A stretch of 64,000 nucleotides of DNA, taken from positions 11,471-75,470 of the forward strand of contig CANGBQ010000001.1 in assembly GCA_947451985.1 (NCBI GenBank), given 5' to 3'. Of the stretch, positions 1 through 8,743 are shown one piece after another. The notes under the pieces are model-generated. The model did no database searches and was not told the DNA's origin. It saw nothing but the letters and a program-made list of their open reading frames with translations. Positions within the stretch are counted from its first letter, which is position 1; each line of letters starts with the position of its first letter. The DNA is from Chitinophagaceae bacterium. GTDB lineage: Bacteria; Bacteroidota; Bacteroidia; Chitinophagales; Chitinophagaceae. A program made the position numbers and the translations under genes.

Positions 1-2
1 AT

Positions 3-1553
3 AGTTTCAGGGGCGCCACCATCGAAAACATTTTACAATTTCAGAAAGACTACGACGAAGTGAAAGTGGTGAAGCTGGAGCAAAATTACAGAAGCACCAA
101 AACCATTCTGCAGGTGGCGAATGAAGTCATCGGCAACAACATGGGTCAGATGGAAAAGAAATTGTTTACCACCAACAGCGAAGGCGATAAAATAAAGCTG
201 GTTCGCACCATGACGGACAACGACGAAGGAAAAATAGTGGCCGACACCATTCAGGAATTAAAACTGCGCAATCATTTTTTCAATAAAGATTTCGCCATTC
301 TGTACCGCACCAACGCCCAGAGCCGGAGTTTTGAAGAAGCCTTGCGTCGAATGGGAATCGTCTATCGGATTTATGGTGGCATGAGTTTCTATCAGCGAAA
401 AGAAGTGAAAGATTTCATTGCCTATCTAAGATTAGTGGTGAATCCAAAAGACGAAGAAGCCATCAAAAGAGTGATCAATTACCCGGTGAGAGGAATTGGT
501 AAAACCACTTTGGATAAAATTATTTTGTTGGCGAACGAACGGAACTTAGGCGTATGGGATGTCATCGCCAATGCTGCTATGTATGGATTTAAAAGTGGCA
601 CTTTGGAAAACATCGACAATTTTTTCACGATGATCAAGATGTTTCAGTCGGAGCTTTCCAAAAAAAATGCCTACGATTTGGCGGTGATTGTGGGCAAAAG
701 CACCAACCTGGTCAAAGAATTGTTCAATGATAAAACGGTAGAAGGATTGGCTCGTTATGAGAACGTGCAGGAATTGCTGAACTCCATCAAAGAATTTACC
801 GAAACCCCCATGAATCAAGAAGATGGGGAAGTAGGAGACAAGGGCCTGGGTGCTTACCTGCAACAAATTGTTTTATTGACCGATGCCGATGAGGATAAAG
901 AAGTGTCTGATGCGGTGAAGTTGATGACCATTCACGCTGCAAAAGGATTGGAGTTTCCGGTTGTTTTTGTAGGCGGATTGGAAGAAACATTGTTTCCCAA
1001 TGCCATGAGTATTCAATCGCGCGAAGAACTGGAAGAGGAACGGAGGTTGTTTTATGTGGCCATTACCCGTGCCAAATCCAAACTTGTATTGAGTTATTCC
1101 AATGCCCGTTATCGTTTTGGCCAATTGCAACAAAATGACCCCAGTCGTTTTATTGATGAAATTCCAGAAGAATACCTTGACAAATCTTATGCAGGGAATA
1201 CGAGTAGAAATCATTCAGGCAATGAATGGAGCCAATCGACTGCTTTTGAAAGAATGCGCAGGGGTTTTGGTCAGCCAGGCAGCAAAAAGGAGCCCGGCAA
1301 AACCCATTATGCTTCTTCTCCTTCAAGGCCCAAAACCAAAGAACACACCCCCACAGAAAACTTTTTACCCAGTGATACCAGCCAATTGCAGGCCAATCAA
1401 AAGGTGGAACACCAGAAGTTTGGCTTTGGAAGGGTACTGAAAATCGAGGGGTCCGCACACAATCCGATCGCTACGATATTGTTTGACAGCAATGGAGAGA
1501 AAAAGATCATGTTGAACTATGCCAAACTTCGCATTGTAGAATTTGGGTCCTAA
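3..1553 (+). CDS. pcrA: ATP-dependent DNA helicase UvrD/PcrA family, 5'-truncated by the window edge
   Basis: Frame open from nt 3 (SFRGA...LEQNYRST). Motifs AILYRTNAQSR, MTIHAAKGLEF and EEERRLFYVAITRA, plus a C-terminal Tudor-like tail (VEHQKFGFGRV). Confidence 0.93.
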   Translation, partial: SFRGATIENILQFQKDYDEVKVVKLEQNYRSTKTILQVANEVIGNNMGQMEKKLFTTNSEGDKIKLVRTMTDNDEGKIVADTIQELKLRNHFFNKDFAILYRTNAQSRSFEEALRRMGIVYRIYGGMSFYQRKEVKDFIAYLRLVVNPKDEEAIKRVINYPVRGIGKTTLDKIILLANERNLGVWDVIANAAMYGFKSGTLENIDNFFTMIKMFQSELSKKNAYDLAVIVGKSTNLVKELFNDKTVEGLARYENVQELLNSIKEFTETPMNQEDGEVGDKGLGAYLQQIVLLTDADEDKEVSDAVKLMTIHAAKGLEFPVVFVGGLEETLFPNAMSIQSREELEEERRLFYVAITRAKSKLVLSYSNARYRFGQLQQNDPSRFIDEIPEEYLDKSYAGNTSRNHSGNEWSQSTAFERMRRGFGQPGSKKEPGKTHYASSPSRPKTKEHTPTENFLPSDTSQLQANQKVEHQKFGFGRVLKIEGSAHNPIATILFDSNGEKKIMLNYAKLRIVEFGS

Positions 1554-1639
1554 TCCCTCCAAGGCTTGCGAAATCCGAAAAATCATTTTTCCAAACGCCT
1601 TTTTTGCCCTTCTTTCAAACCCAAGTGTGGCGAAAGGTT

Positions 1640-1647
1640 TATTTTTG
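1640..1647 (+). promoter_or_regulatory. Bacteroidota housekeeping -7 element (TATTTTTG) upstream of the NifU-family gene
   Basis: Exact TAnnTTTG match 23 nt before the ATG at 1671. Confidence 0.6.
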
Positions 1648-1670
1648 CAGGGTAGCATAAATTAGTATCT

Positions 1671-2270
1671 ATGATTAAAACAGGAAACCCCGTCATCAGC
1701 ATTTATACTGAAATGACACCCAATCCCGAGACCATGAAATTTGTAGCCAACAAATTATTGTATCCGGGTAAAAGCATCGACTTCCCAGATGAGGCCAGTG
1801 CAGCGCCTTCTCCTTTGGCACAAGCATTGTTTAGTTTTCCGTTCATTCGTTCCGTTTTTATCGCCAGCAATTTTGTGACCTTAACCAAAACCAACGAAAC
1901 AGATGATTGGCAGGATGTGATTCCTACTGTCAAACTGTTTTTAAAAGAATACCTGGAGGAAGGAAAAGTAGTGGTCAATGAAGACGAAGTGGCCAATATG
2001 AAAGCCGCCAGCAGCAATACCATCAGTGCAGATGACAATGATATCGTGAAACGCATCAAAGAATTGCTGGAGAATTATGTAAAGCCAGCGGTTGAAATGG
2101 ATGGCGGTGCGATACAGTTCAAAAGCTATGAAGACGGAAAAGTGAATTTGATGTTGCAGGGAAGCTGTAGCGGATGTCCTTCTTCTATGATTACATTAAA
2201 AGCGGGGATAGAAGGCATGATGAAAAGAATGATTCCCGAAGTAAAAGAAGTGGTTGCGGAAGCGGAGTAA
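1671..2270 (+). CDS. NifU/Nfu-family Fe-S cluster carrier (Nfu N-terminal scaffold plus NifU_C domain)
   Basis: TPNPETMKF N-terminal motif; VEMDGG...GSCSGCPSS..TLK.GIE CxxC domain. Confidence 0.9.
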   Translation: MIKTGNPVISIYTEMTPNPETMKFVANKLLYPGKSIDFPDEASAAPSPLAQALFSFPFIRSVFIASNFVTLTKTNETDDWQDVIPTVKLFLKEYLEEGKVVVNEDEVANMKAASSNTISADDNDIVKRIKELLENYVKPAVEMDGGAIQFKSYEDGKVNLMLQGSCSGCPSSMITLKAGIEGMMKRMIPEVKEVVAEAE

Positions 2271-2292
2271 TCCAATTCATTCAAATACATTG

Positions 2293-2320
2293 AAAAGCAT
2301 CTCTAAGAGATGCTTTTTTA
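2293..2320 (+). terminator. Intrinsic terminator after the NifU-family gene
   Basis: AAAAGCATCTC-TAA-GAGATGCTTTT inverted repeat followed by T/A run. Confidence 0.8.
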
Positions 2321-2392
2321 ATAAAACAATCATTTGTTTGCTTGCGTGAAAGGGTTTATTAGTAACATTGTCAGCGCTTTCAAACCATACCA

Positions 2393-3019
2393 ATGACAGT
2401 ACTCAACTTTTTTGAACAATTACAATCCGGTATCCAGCAAACCACGTGGTATGAGCTGGTAGCTGTTTGTTCGGGTATTGTCAGTGTGTATTACAGCAAA
2501 AAAGAGAGCATTTGGGTATATCCGATTGGATTGATCAATACCATTTTATATATATTCATCAGCATAAAGGGACATTTGTTGGGAGAGGCTGCAGTGAATG
2601 TATATTATACCATTATGAGTGTGGTGGGATGGAGGCTCTGGACCTTAAAAAATGGACAACATCAAACGGTATACTCCATCAGTCGTTCCAATCGAAAGGA
2701 GTGGCTTCAGCAGTTGAGTTTTTTTGCAGTGGTGTATATCATTGTTTTTTCTGCGCTTCTTTTTTTCAAACAACATTTCTTTCCCGGTGCTATTCCTTGG
2801 GCAGACGCTTTTGCCAGCGCCACCGCTTTTACAGCGATGTGGCTGATGACTCGGAAAAAAATTGAAAGCTGGTACTGGTGGTTGGCAACGAATATCGCCT
2901 CCATTCCACTGTATTTTGTGAAACAGTATGTATTTACCAGCTGTTATTATTTTGTATTGTTGATATTGGCCGTATTGGGCTGGATGGAATGGCGTAAAAA
3001 ATTAAGTGAAAAAATATGA
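2393..3019 (+). CDS. pnuC: PnuC-family (nicotinamide riboside-type) vitamin transporter
   Basis: Hydrophobic 208 aa with WYELVAV, W.IGLIN, DAF..A..F.AMWLM.RKK.E.W..W motifs. Confidence 0.88.
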   Translation: MTVLNFFEQLQSGIQQTTWYELVAVCSGIVSVYYSKKESIWVYPIGLINTILYIFISIKGHLLGEAAVNVYYTIMSVVGWRLWTLKNGQHQTVYSISRSNRKEWLQQLSFFAVVYIIVFSALLFFKQHFFPGAIPWADAFASATAFTAMWLMTRKKIESWYWWLATNIASIPLYFVKQYVFTSCYYFVLLILAVLGWMEWRKKLSEKI

Positions 3020-3564
3020 GTTATTGCAAAGCGATACCTTCCATGAAACCCCATGATCAAGTGTTGCATCTAGTGTATCATGACCAGCACTATGGTTTCC
3101 CCATTCAGGATGACAATGAGTTGTTTGCTCGGTTGGTATTAGAAATCAATCAGGCGGGTCTTAGTTGGACAACGATTTTAAAAAAGCAATCCCATTTTCA
3201 GCGCGCGTATCACCAGTTTGACATTCCAACGGTAGCCGCGTATAAACAAAAAGATATCAATAGATTGTTGAATGATGAAGGCATCATTCGAAACAGACTA
3301 AAAATTCGGGCAGCCATTGAAAATGCCCAAACCATTTTGTTGTTACAAAAAGAATACGGCTCTTTTAAAAATTGGATAGATGCTCATCATCCCTTACCCA
3401 AGGAAAGCTGGGTGAAGCTGTTCAAGAAAACATTTTATTTCACCGGAGGCGAAATTGTAAATGAATTTTTAATGAGTACAGGTTATTTGCCCGGTGCACA
3501 TGAAAAGAATTGTCCCATTTATCATAAGGTGCTGCAACAGTCACCTGCATGGAAAACAAAATAA
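3016..3564 (+). CDS. tag: DNA-3-methyladenine glycosylase I
   Basis: YHDQHYG.P..DDNELF..L.LE..QAGLSW.TIL.K, IIRNRLKI.A.I.NA and terminal HEKNC. ATGA overlap with pnuC. Confidence 0.92.
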   Translation: MSYCKAIPSMKPHDQVLHLVYHDQHYGFPIQDDNELFARLVLEINQAGLSWTTILKKQSHFQRAYHQFDIPTVAAYKQKDINRLLNDEGIIRNRLKIRAAIENAQTILLLQKEYGSFKNWIDAHHPLPKESWVKLFKKTFYFTGGEIVNEFLMSTGYLPGAHEKNCPIYHKVLQQSPAWKTK

Positions 3565-4112
3565 TGCTTAAAAAAATTGTCATACTGGGTCCAGAGTCCA
3601 CAGGAAAAACCACTTTGTGTGCTGCTTTGGCCAATCATTTTGGAACCACCTGGGTGCCTGAATATGCGCGGGAACATCTCACTGAACAGGGAAGTGCTTA
3701 TACCGAAGAAGATTTGCTTGTCATTGCACAAAAACAAATTGAACAGGAAGACCAATTGATTCAACAATGGCAACAAGAAAAAAAAGAATCGATCAGCAGG
3801 CAACCTATTTTCGTTGATACCGATTTGTATGTCATGAAAGTGTGGAGCGAATTTGTATTCAATAGTTGTCATCCATTTATTCTGAATGGCATCGTGCATC
3901 GTCCATATGATATGTATCTGTTGTGCAAGCCCGACTTGCCTTGGGAAAAAGATGCCTTGCGAGAATATCCCGATCAAATTACCCGAGATCGATTGTATCA
4001 TCATTACAAAGATGCCTTGATGAATCAAGCCTATCCATGGAAAGAAATTGGCGGGCTGAATGGGCAAAGGCTTGAACAGGCCGTTGAAGCAGTACACACT
4101 TTATTTAAGTAG
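3564..4112 (+). CDS. NadR-type kinase/AAA ATPase (stand-alone ribosylnicotinamide-kinase-like domain)
   Basis: Walker A GPESTGKTT, VPEYARE, DTD and LPWEKD..RE motifs. Start placed at the TAATG overlap with the tag stop (ORF track starts at 3549). Confidence 0.82.
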   Translation: MLKKIVILGPESTGKTTLCAALANHFGTTWVPEYAREHLTEQGSAYTEEDLLVIAQKQIEQEDQLIQQWQQEKKESISRQPIFVDTDLYVMKVWSEFVFNSCHPFILNGIVHRPYDMYLLCKPDLPWEKDALREYPDQITRDRLYHHYKDALMNQAYPWKEIGGLNGQRLEQAVEAVHTLFK

Positions 4113-4796
4113 AGCCTGTATATCCGGATCGCCCTCCAGATTGTTCATTTGCTGCATAATTCGGGGTGTTCTGCCCAGTACATATTTGCTGGCGGGTGCT
4201 ACGGTGAATTTTTTGGGATTGGGCAAACAGGCGGCAATCATCGCTGCTTCTCGTCTGGTCAACTTGCTGGCATCTTTGTGAAAATAAGCCTGGGCCGCTG
4301 CTTGTACGCCAAAAATACCTTTGCCCATTTCCGCTACATTCAAATATGCTTCGAGTATTCTTTTTTTACTCCAGATGGTTTCAATCATAAAAGTGAAATA
4401 CACTTCGAGTCCTTTTCGAAAAAATCCACCGTGCTGCCACAAAAAGACATTTTTCGCTGTTTGTTGACTGATGGTGCTGGCGCCTCTGGTTTTGTTGGGA
4501 TGTTTTTTATTGTATTTCATCGCCTTTTTAATGGCCTTGATGTCAAATCCGTCGTGATCAGGAAACAATTGGTCTTCGGAAGCCATCACTGCTAGTTGGA
4601 TGTTCGGACTCATTTCATCGTAATTCACATAGTCTCTTTGCAAGCCATTCCCTTCTGCCAGGCTGACCAATTGGGTGAGTGTAATGGGGGGATTGAACAA
4701 GGCACAAAATAAGATATACACCAGTTGCCCAATGAATAGAAACAAAAGAAGTTTAGCAAACCATCCCCATTTCTTTTTCTTATTTTTTTTTGCCAT
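4101..4796 (-). CDS. mtgA: Monofunctional peptidoglycan transglycosylase
   Basis: GT51 motifs ASEDQLF.DH.GFD, RGASTISQQTAKNVF, RK.LE, YLN.AEMG, LPNP. Confidence 0.93.
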   Translation of the reverse strand: MAKKNKKKKWGWFAKLLLFLFIGQLVYILFCALFNPPITLTQLVSLAEGNGLQRDYVNYDEMSPNIQLAVMASEDQLFPDHDGFDIKAIKKAMKYNKKHPNKTRGASTISQQTAKNVFLWQHGGFFRKGLEVYFTFMIETIWSKKRILEAYLNVAEMGKGIFGVQAAAQAYFHKDASKLTRREAAMIAACLPNPKKFTVAPASKYVLGRTPRIMQQMNNLEGDPDIQALLK

Positions 4797-4807
4797 ACCG
4801 AATCCTG

Positions 4808-6340
4808 CTAAGTTGTTTTGTTATGAAGAAATGCCTGCCATTCTTCCAATATTTTTCCTTTCAGTACCCTGGGAAATTTATGTTGCCCGCCTTCTTTGCC
4901 TTTGAATTTCATGAAATCCATGAATGTTTTTTCGGGAAGCACTTCCACTTCCACTGCTTTTAATGCATGCCTTCTCTCTACTTCGTAATCATCATTAATG
5001 GATTGTAAATTCTGATCAATCAGTTGGGCGATTTCAGTGGCATTTACTTTGTCATCCGTTGCGATAAACCATTTGTGTGCAAAAAAATTGCCATAAGAAA
5101 TACCCGCTACTGTAAATTCTGGAATGAATACATTGAGTTGTTGACAAGCCATTTCAATGGCTTTGTTCATGTTGTCTACGCTTAAATGTTCACCCACCAA
5201 ACTTAAAAAGTGTTTGGTTCGGCCAGTAATGATGATTTCCATTTTTTCTTTGTCTACCAATCGAATGGTATCACCAATGGCGTAGCGCCAAGCGCCTGCG
5301 TTCGTGCTGATTAGAATAGCATAATCCTTGTTCTCCTCTATTTCATGGATCATGTACGCCTCTGGATTGTCAATCATATTGCCATCGCTGTCAAAATTAT
5401 TATCATCGAAGGGAACGAACTCAAAGAAGATGTTGTTGTTAAAAGCCAGCTGCATGCCCCGGGTGTCTTGTCTGCTTTGATAGGCTAAAAAACCTTCACT
5501 GGCCAAATAGGTTTCTATGTAAGTAATGGGTTTGCCCAACAGTTTTTCAAATCCTTTTTTATAAGGTTCCATGGCAACGCCACCGTGCACGTAGAAGGCC
5601 AGATTGGGCCAGATTTCATGAATGTTTTTCAGTTGGTATCGTTCAATGATTTTTTCCAGGCAAAGTTGGAGCCAGGCAGGAACACCCACGATAAAACCAA
5701 TGTCCCAGTTGGGCGCATTGTCTACTATTTCAGCTAGTTTTTTACTCCAATCTTTTTCTTTGGCGATTTTTTTTCCGGGTTTGTACAAGCCCAAACCTAA
5801 AAACCAAAAGGGAATATTTTTTTGTTGAATGCCACTCAGGTCGCCCGCAAAATAAGTGGGCCCTTTTTGCAATTGGGTGCTACCGCCCAACATGAGCCAT
5901 CCTTTTCCAATTGAACTTTTGGGAACGTTTTCGTATCGAGTCAAGCTCAATAATTGTCTGAAACTGGTAATGGTATTGCTTCGGATCAGCTCTTTGGTGA
6001 CAGGAATATATTTGCTTGATGCTTCACTGGTTCCACTGCTCAAAGCAAAATATTTGATCACGCCAGGCCAACACACATCCGGCGTGCCTTCGAGGGTTTT
6101 ATGCCACCAATCCCGGTAAATTTTTTCGTAATGGTAGGTGGGAACCAGCTGCTGAAATTTCTTTCCTGGGTGTCGGCTCAGCAATATGTCATCAAACCTA
6201 AATTGTTGACCAAATTCTGTAAACCGCGCCTTTTTCAACAGCTTTTTTAATACCTTAATTTGCTGCCTCCTTGGGTCACTCACCGGCAAATTCAAGGCGC
6301 GGGCAATCGTTTTAGGTAGTTTTATGTCAAAAAAGGCCAT
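4808..6340 (-). CDS. GH3 (auxin-responsive promoter) family adenylate-forming acyl-amido synthetase
   Basis: ALSSGTS..SKYIP, ETYLASEGF and WRYAIGDT motifs of the GH3/ANL family. Confidence 0.85.
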   Translation of the reverse strand: MAFFDIKLPKTIARALNLPVSDPRRQQIKVLKKLLKKARFTEFGQQFRFDDILLSRHPGKKFQQLVPTYHYEKIYRDWWHKTLEGTPDVCWPGVIKYFALSSGTSEASSKYIPVTKELIRSNTITSFRQLLSLTRYENVPKSSIGKGWLMLGGSTQLQKGPTYFAGDLSGIQQKNIPFWFLGLGLYKPGKKIAKEKDWSKKLAEIVDNAPNWDIGFIVGVPAWLQLCLEKIIERYQLKNIHEIWPNLAFYVHGGVAMEPYKKGFEKLLGKPITYIETYLASEGFLAYQSRQDTRGMQLAFNNNIFFEFVPFDDNNFDSDGNMIDNPEAYMIHEIEENKDYAILISTNAGAWRYAIGDTIRLVDKEKMEIIITGRTKHFLSLVGEHLSVDNMNKAIEMACQQLNVFIPEFTVAGISYGNFFAHKWFIATDDKVNATEIAQLIDQNLQSINDDYEVERRHALKAVEVEVLPEKTFMDFMKFKGKEGGQHKFPRVLKGKILEEWQAFLHNKTT

Positions 6341-6363
6341 TGGCAGTCAGATTCAAATCTTGG

Positions 6364-6371
6364 CAAATATA
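6364..6371 (-). promoter_or_regulatory. -7 element (TATATTTG) for the GH3-family-mtgA operon
   Basis: Exact TAnnTTTG on the minus strand 23 nt upstream of the start at 6340. Confidence 0.6.
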
Positions 6372-6432
6372 ATTTATTGCCCCTCAAAACGAAGAAAACC
6401 CCCTTTTGGAGATATTCCTTGGAAAAATTGGC

Positions 6433-6440
6433 TAGGTTTG
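6433..6440 (+). promoter_or_regulatory. -7 element (TAGGTTTG) for the S46 peptidase gene
   Basis: Exact TAnnTTTG 21 nt upstream of ATG 6462, divergent from the 6364-6371 element. Confidence 0.6.
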
Positions 6441-6461
6441 TCCACCTAAATTAATACAGTT

Positions 6462-8621
6462 ATGAAAAAATTGATTCTATCCCTTGTTTTATTGGCTAGC
6501 TTGTTTCAAGCCAAGGCTGATGAAGGCATGTGGTTGCCCATGCTCTTGGGAAAACAAGTGTATAACAACATGGTTAAGAAAGGCTTAAAGCTTTCAAAAG
6601 ACCAATTGTATTCCATCAATCATGCATCACTCAAAGATGCCATCCTCATTTTTGGAGGCGGTTGTACCGGTGAAATTGTGAGCAATCAAGGCTTGATATT
6701 CACCAATCACCATTGCGGATACGGTGCTATTGCGGCTGCCAGCAGTGTTCAAAACAATTATTTGAGGGATGGTTTTTATGCATACAACAAAGACCAGGAA
6801 ATTCAAAGCCAATTGACCGTGCAGTTTTTGGATCGCATAGTAGATGTGACCGCTGATGTGGAAGCTGGTTTGAAAGGATTGAGCTGGGCGGACAGACAAA
6901 AGAAATTACAAGAAGTATATAAATCTATTACAGATAAAGTAGCCGATAAGGAAAATGGATTGTCTGGCAGAATCTACAGCATGTTCAAAGACAATCAATA
7001 CCTGATGTATGTATACAAAGTATACCGCGACATTCGATTGGTGGGCGCTCCACCAGAAAGCGTAGGAAAATTCGGGGGAGACACCGACAACTGGGAGTGG
7101 CCTCGTCACACAGGTGATTTTTCTATTTTCAGGGTATATGGGTCTAAAGACGGAAAACCAGCCGACTATAGCAAAGAAAATGTGCCTTTGAAACCCAAGC
7201 ATTTTCTTCCGGTAAGCATCAAGGGTATCAAAGACGGTGACTATGCCATGATATATGGATATCCTGGTAGTACCAATCGTTACGAAACCAGCTATGGGAT
7301 CAAATTGAAAAATGAAATTGAAAATCCTTCTTTGGTAGCATTAAGAGACATGCGTTTAAAATTCATGCATGAGCAAATGATCAAAGATCCTGCTGTAAAA
7401 TTAAAACTGGCATCTGATTATGCTGGTATCGCTAACTATTGGAAGTTTTTCGATGGCGAAACCAAACAGTTGACCAAATTCAACACCTTCGGTCAGAAAC
7501 AACAATTTGAAAAAGATTTTGCTGCTTGGGCAAAAGGAAAACCCGAGTACGAAAATATTTTTACTGAATACGACAAAAATTACGCTGCCTGGACGCCTTA
7601 TAGTAAGCATCGCCAATACCTCAGAGAAGGCATATTGGGTTCTCCGCTATCAGCTTTTGCTTCTTCGTTGATTGCATTGGAAACTGCATTGACAAAAGCA
7701 GATGCTTCTGCTGCAGACATCAAAAAAGCCATGGATGCGGCAGATGCAGCCAGAAAAACTTTCTTAGCCGCAGAGGACATGCCGAGCGACAATAATATTT
7801 TGGCAGCAGTTGCACAGGCCTTCCATCGTGATATAGACAAAAGCCAGCATCCTGCAGGCGTCTATGATTCACTGGCCAAGTACGGTTCATTGGACGACGA
7901 AGCCACCTATAAAAAATGGGCAAAAGACGTATTTGCCAACACCATGATCTTGAGCAACGATAAATGGAGCGCTTTTGCTTCGAATCCGACTGCTGGGGTT
8001 TTGCAAGCAGATCCTGCTTTTGCATTTGCCGCTACATTCGTTAAAAATTACAATACCAAGTATGCACCGCTTTATACTGCGTTTGTGAGCAAAAACAATG
8101 AACTCGGTAGAAGTTATTTGAAGGGTATCATGGAGAGAGATCCCAAAGCTGCTAAAAAAATGTATCCAGATGCCAATTTTAGTATGCGCGTAAGCTATGG
8201 CAATGTAAAAAGCTACCAGCCCAGGGATGCTGTTTATTATGATTATGTGACGACTGCCAAAGGTATTTTGGAGAAGTATGTGCCCGGTGATTATGAATTT
8301 GATTTGCCGAGCAAACAAGTGGAACTTTTCAAGAAAAAAGATTTTGGACAGTATATAGATACAGCCAGAAAGGATTTGGTTATCGCTTTTATCACTACCA
8401 ATGACATCACAGGTGGAAACAGTGGCAGTCCTGTGATAGATGCCAAAGGAAATTTGATAGGCTTGGCTTTTGACGGGAACTATGAAGCATTGAGTCATAA
8501 AATTGCATTTGACAAAGACTTAAATCGTACCATTTGCGTGGACGTTCGCTATGTATTGTGGTGTGTGGACAAATTGGGAGGTGCCAAGAATTTGATCGAT
8601 GAATTGAAGCTGGTTAAATAA
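6462..8621 (+). CDS. S46-family dipeptidyl peptidase (DPP7-like), exported
   Basis: Signal peptide, ADEGMWLP, TNHHC (His), DNWEWPRHTGDF (Asp) and DITGGNSGSPV (Ser). LAFDGN has Gly at the S1 position, as in DPP7 rather than the Arg of DPP11. Confidence 0.9.
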   Translation: MKKLILSLVLLASLFQAKADEGMWLPMLLGKQVYNNMVKKGLKLSKDQLYSINHASLKDAILIFGGGCTGEIVSNQGLIFTNHHCGYGAIAAASSVQNNYLRDGFYAYNKDQEIQSQLTVQFLDRIVDVTADVEAGLKGLSWADRQKKLQEVYKSITDKVADKENGLSGRIYSMFKDNQYLMYVYKVYRDIRLVGAPPESVGKFGGDTDNWEWPRHTGDFSIFRVYGSKDGKPADYSKENVPLKPKHFLPVSIKGIKDGDYAMIYGYPGSTNRYETSYGIKLKNEIENPSLVALRDMRLKFMHEQMIKDPAVKLKLASDYAGIANYWKFFDGETKQLTKFNTFGQKQQFEKDFAAWAKGKPEYENIFTEYDKNYAAWTPYSKHRQYLREGILGSPLSAFASSLIALETALTKADASAADIKKAMDAADAARKTFLAAEDMPSDNNILAAVAQAFHRDIDKSQHPAGVYDSLAKYGSLDDEATYKKWAKDVFANTMILSNDKWSAFASNPTAGVLQADPAFAFAATFVKNYNTKYAPLYTAFVSKNNELGRSYLKGIMERDPKAAKKMYPDANFSMRVSYGNVKSYQPRDAVYYDYVTTAKGILEKYVPGDYEFDLPSKQVELFKKKDFGQYIDTARKDLVIAFITTNDITGGNSGSPVIDAKGNLIGLAFDGNYEALSHKIAFDKDLNRTICVDVRYVLWCVDKLGGAKNLIDELKLVK

Positions 8622-8641
8622 GTATCCAGGAATTGGATGAC

Positions 8642-8670
8642 AAGCCGCTGTTTTCACAGCGGCTTTTTTT
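8642..8670 (+). terminator. Intrinsic terminator after the S46 peptidase gene
   Basis: AAGCCGCTGT-TTTC-ACAGCGGCTT followed by a T run. Confidence 0.85.
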
Positions 8671-8717
8671 ATGCTAAAAACCTGTTTGATGCTTCTGCAT
8701 CGGTGAATAAAAACGCT

Positions 8718-8725
8718 TATTTTTG
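8718..8725 (+). promoter_or_regulatory. -7 element (TATTTTTG) for the deoxyhypusine synthase-like gene
   Basis: Exact TAnnTTTG. It overlaps the ORF-track TTG start, which supports the ATG at 8744 as the real start. Confidence 0.55.
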
Positions 8726-8743
8726 CGCACTAAATCAATCACT

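Noticed and set aside
2321-2392. Possible TPP or other riboswitch ahead of pnuC
   Set aside because: Only about 70 nt after the upstream terminator, with no TGAGA/CTGA TPP core or other aptamer-like structure.
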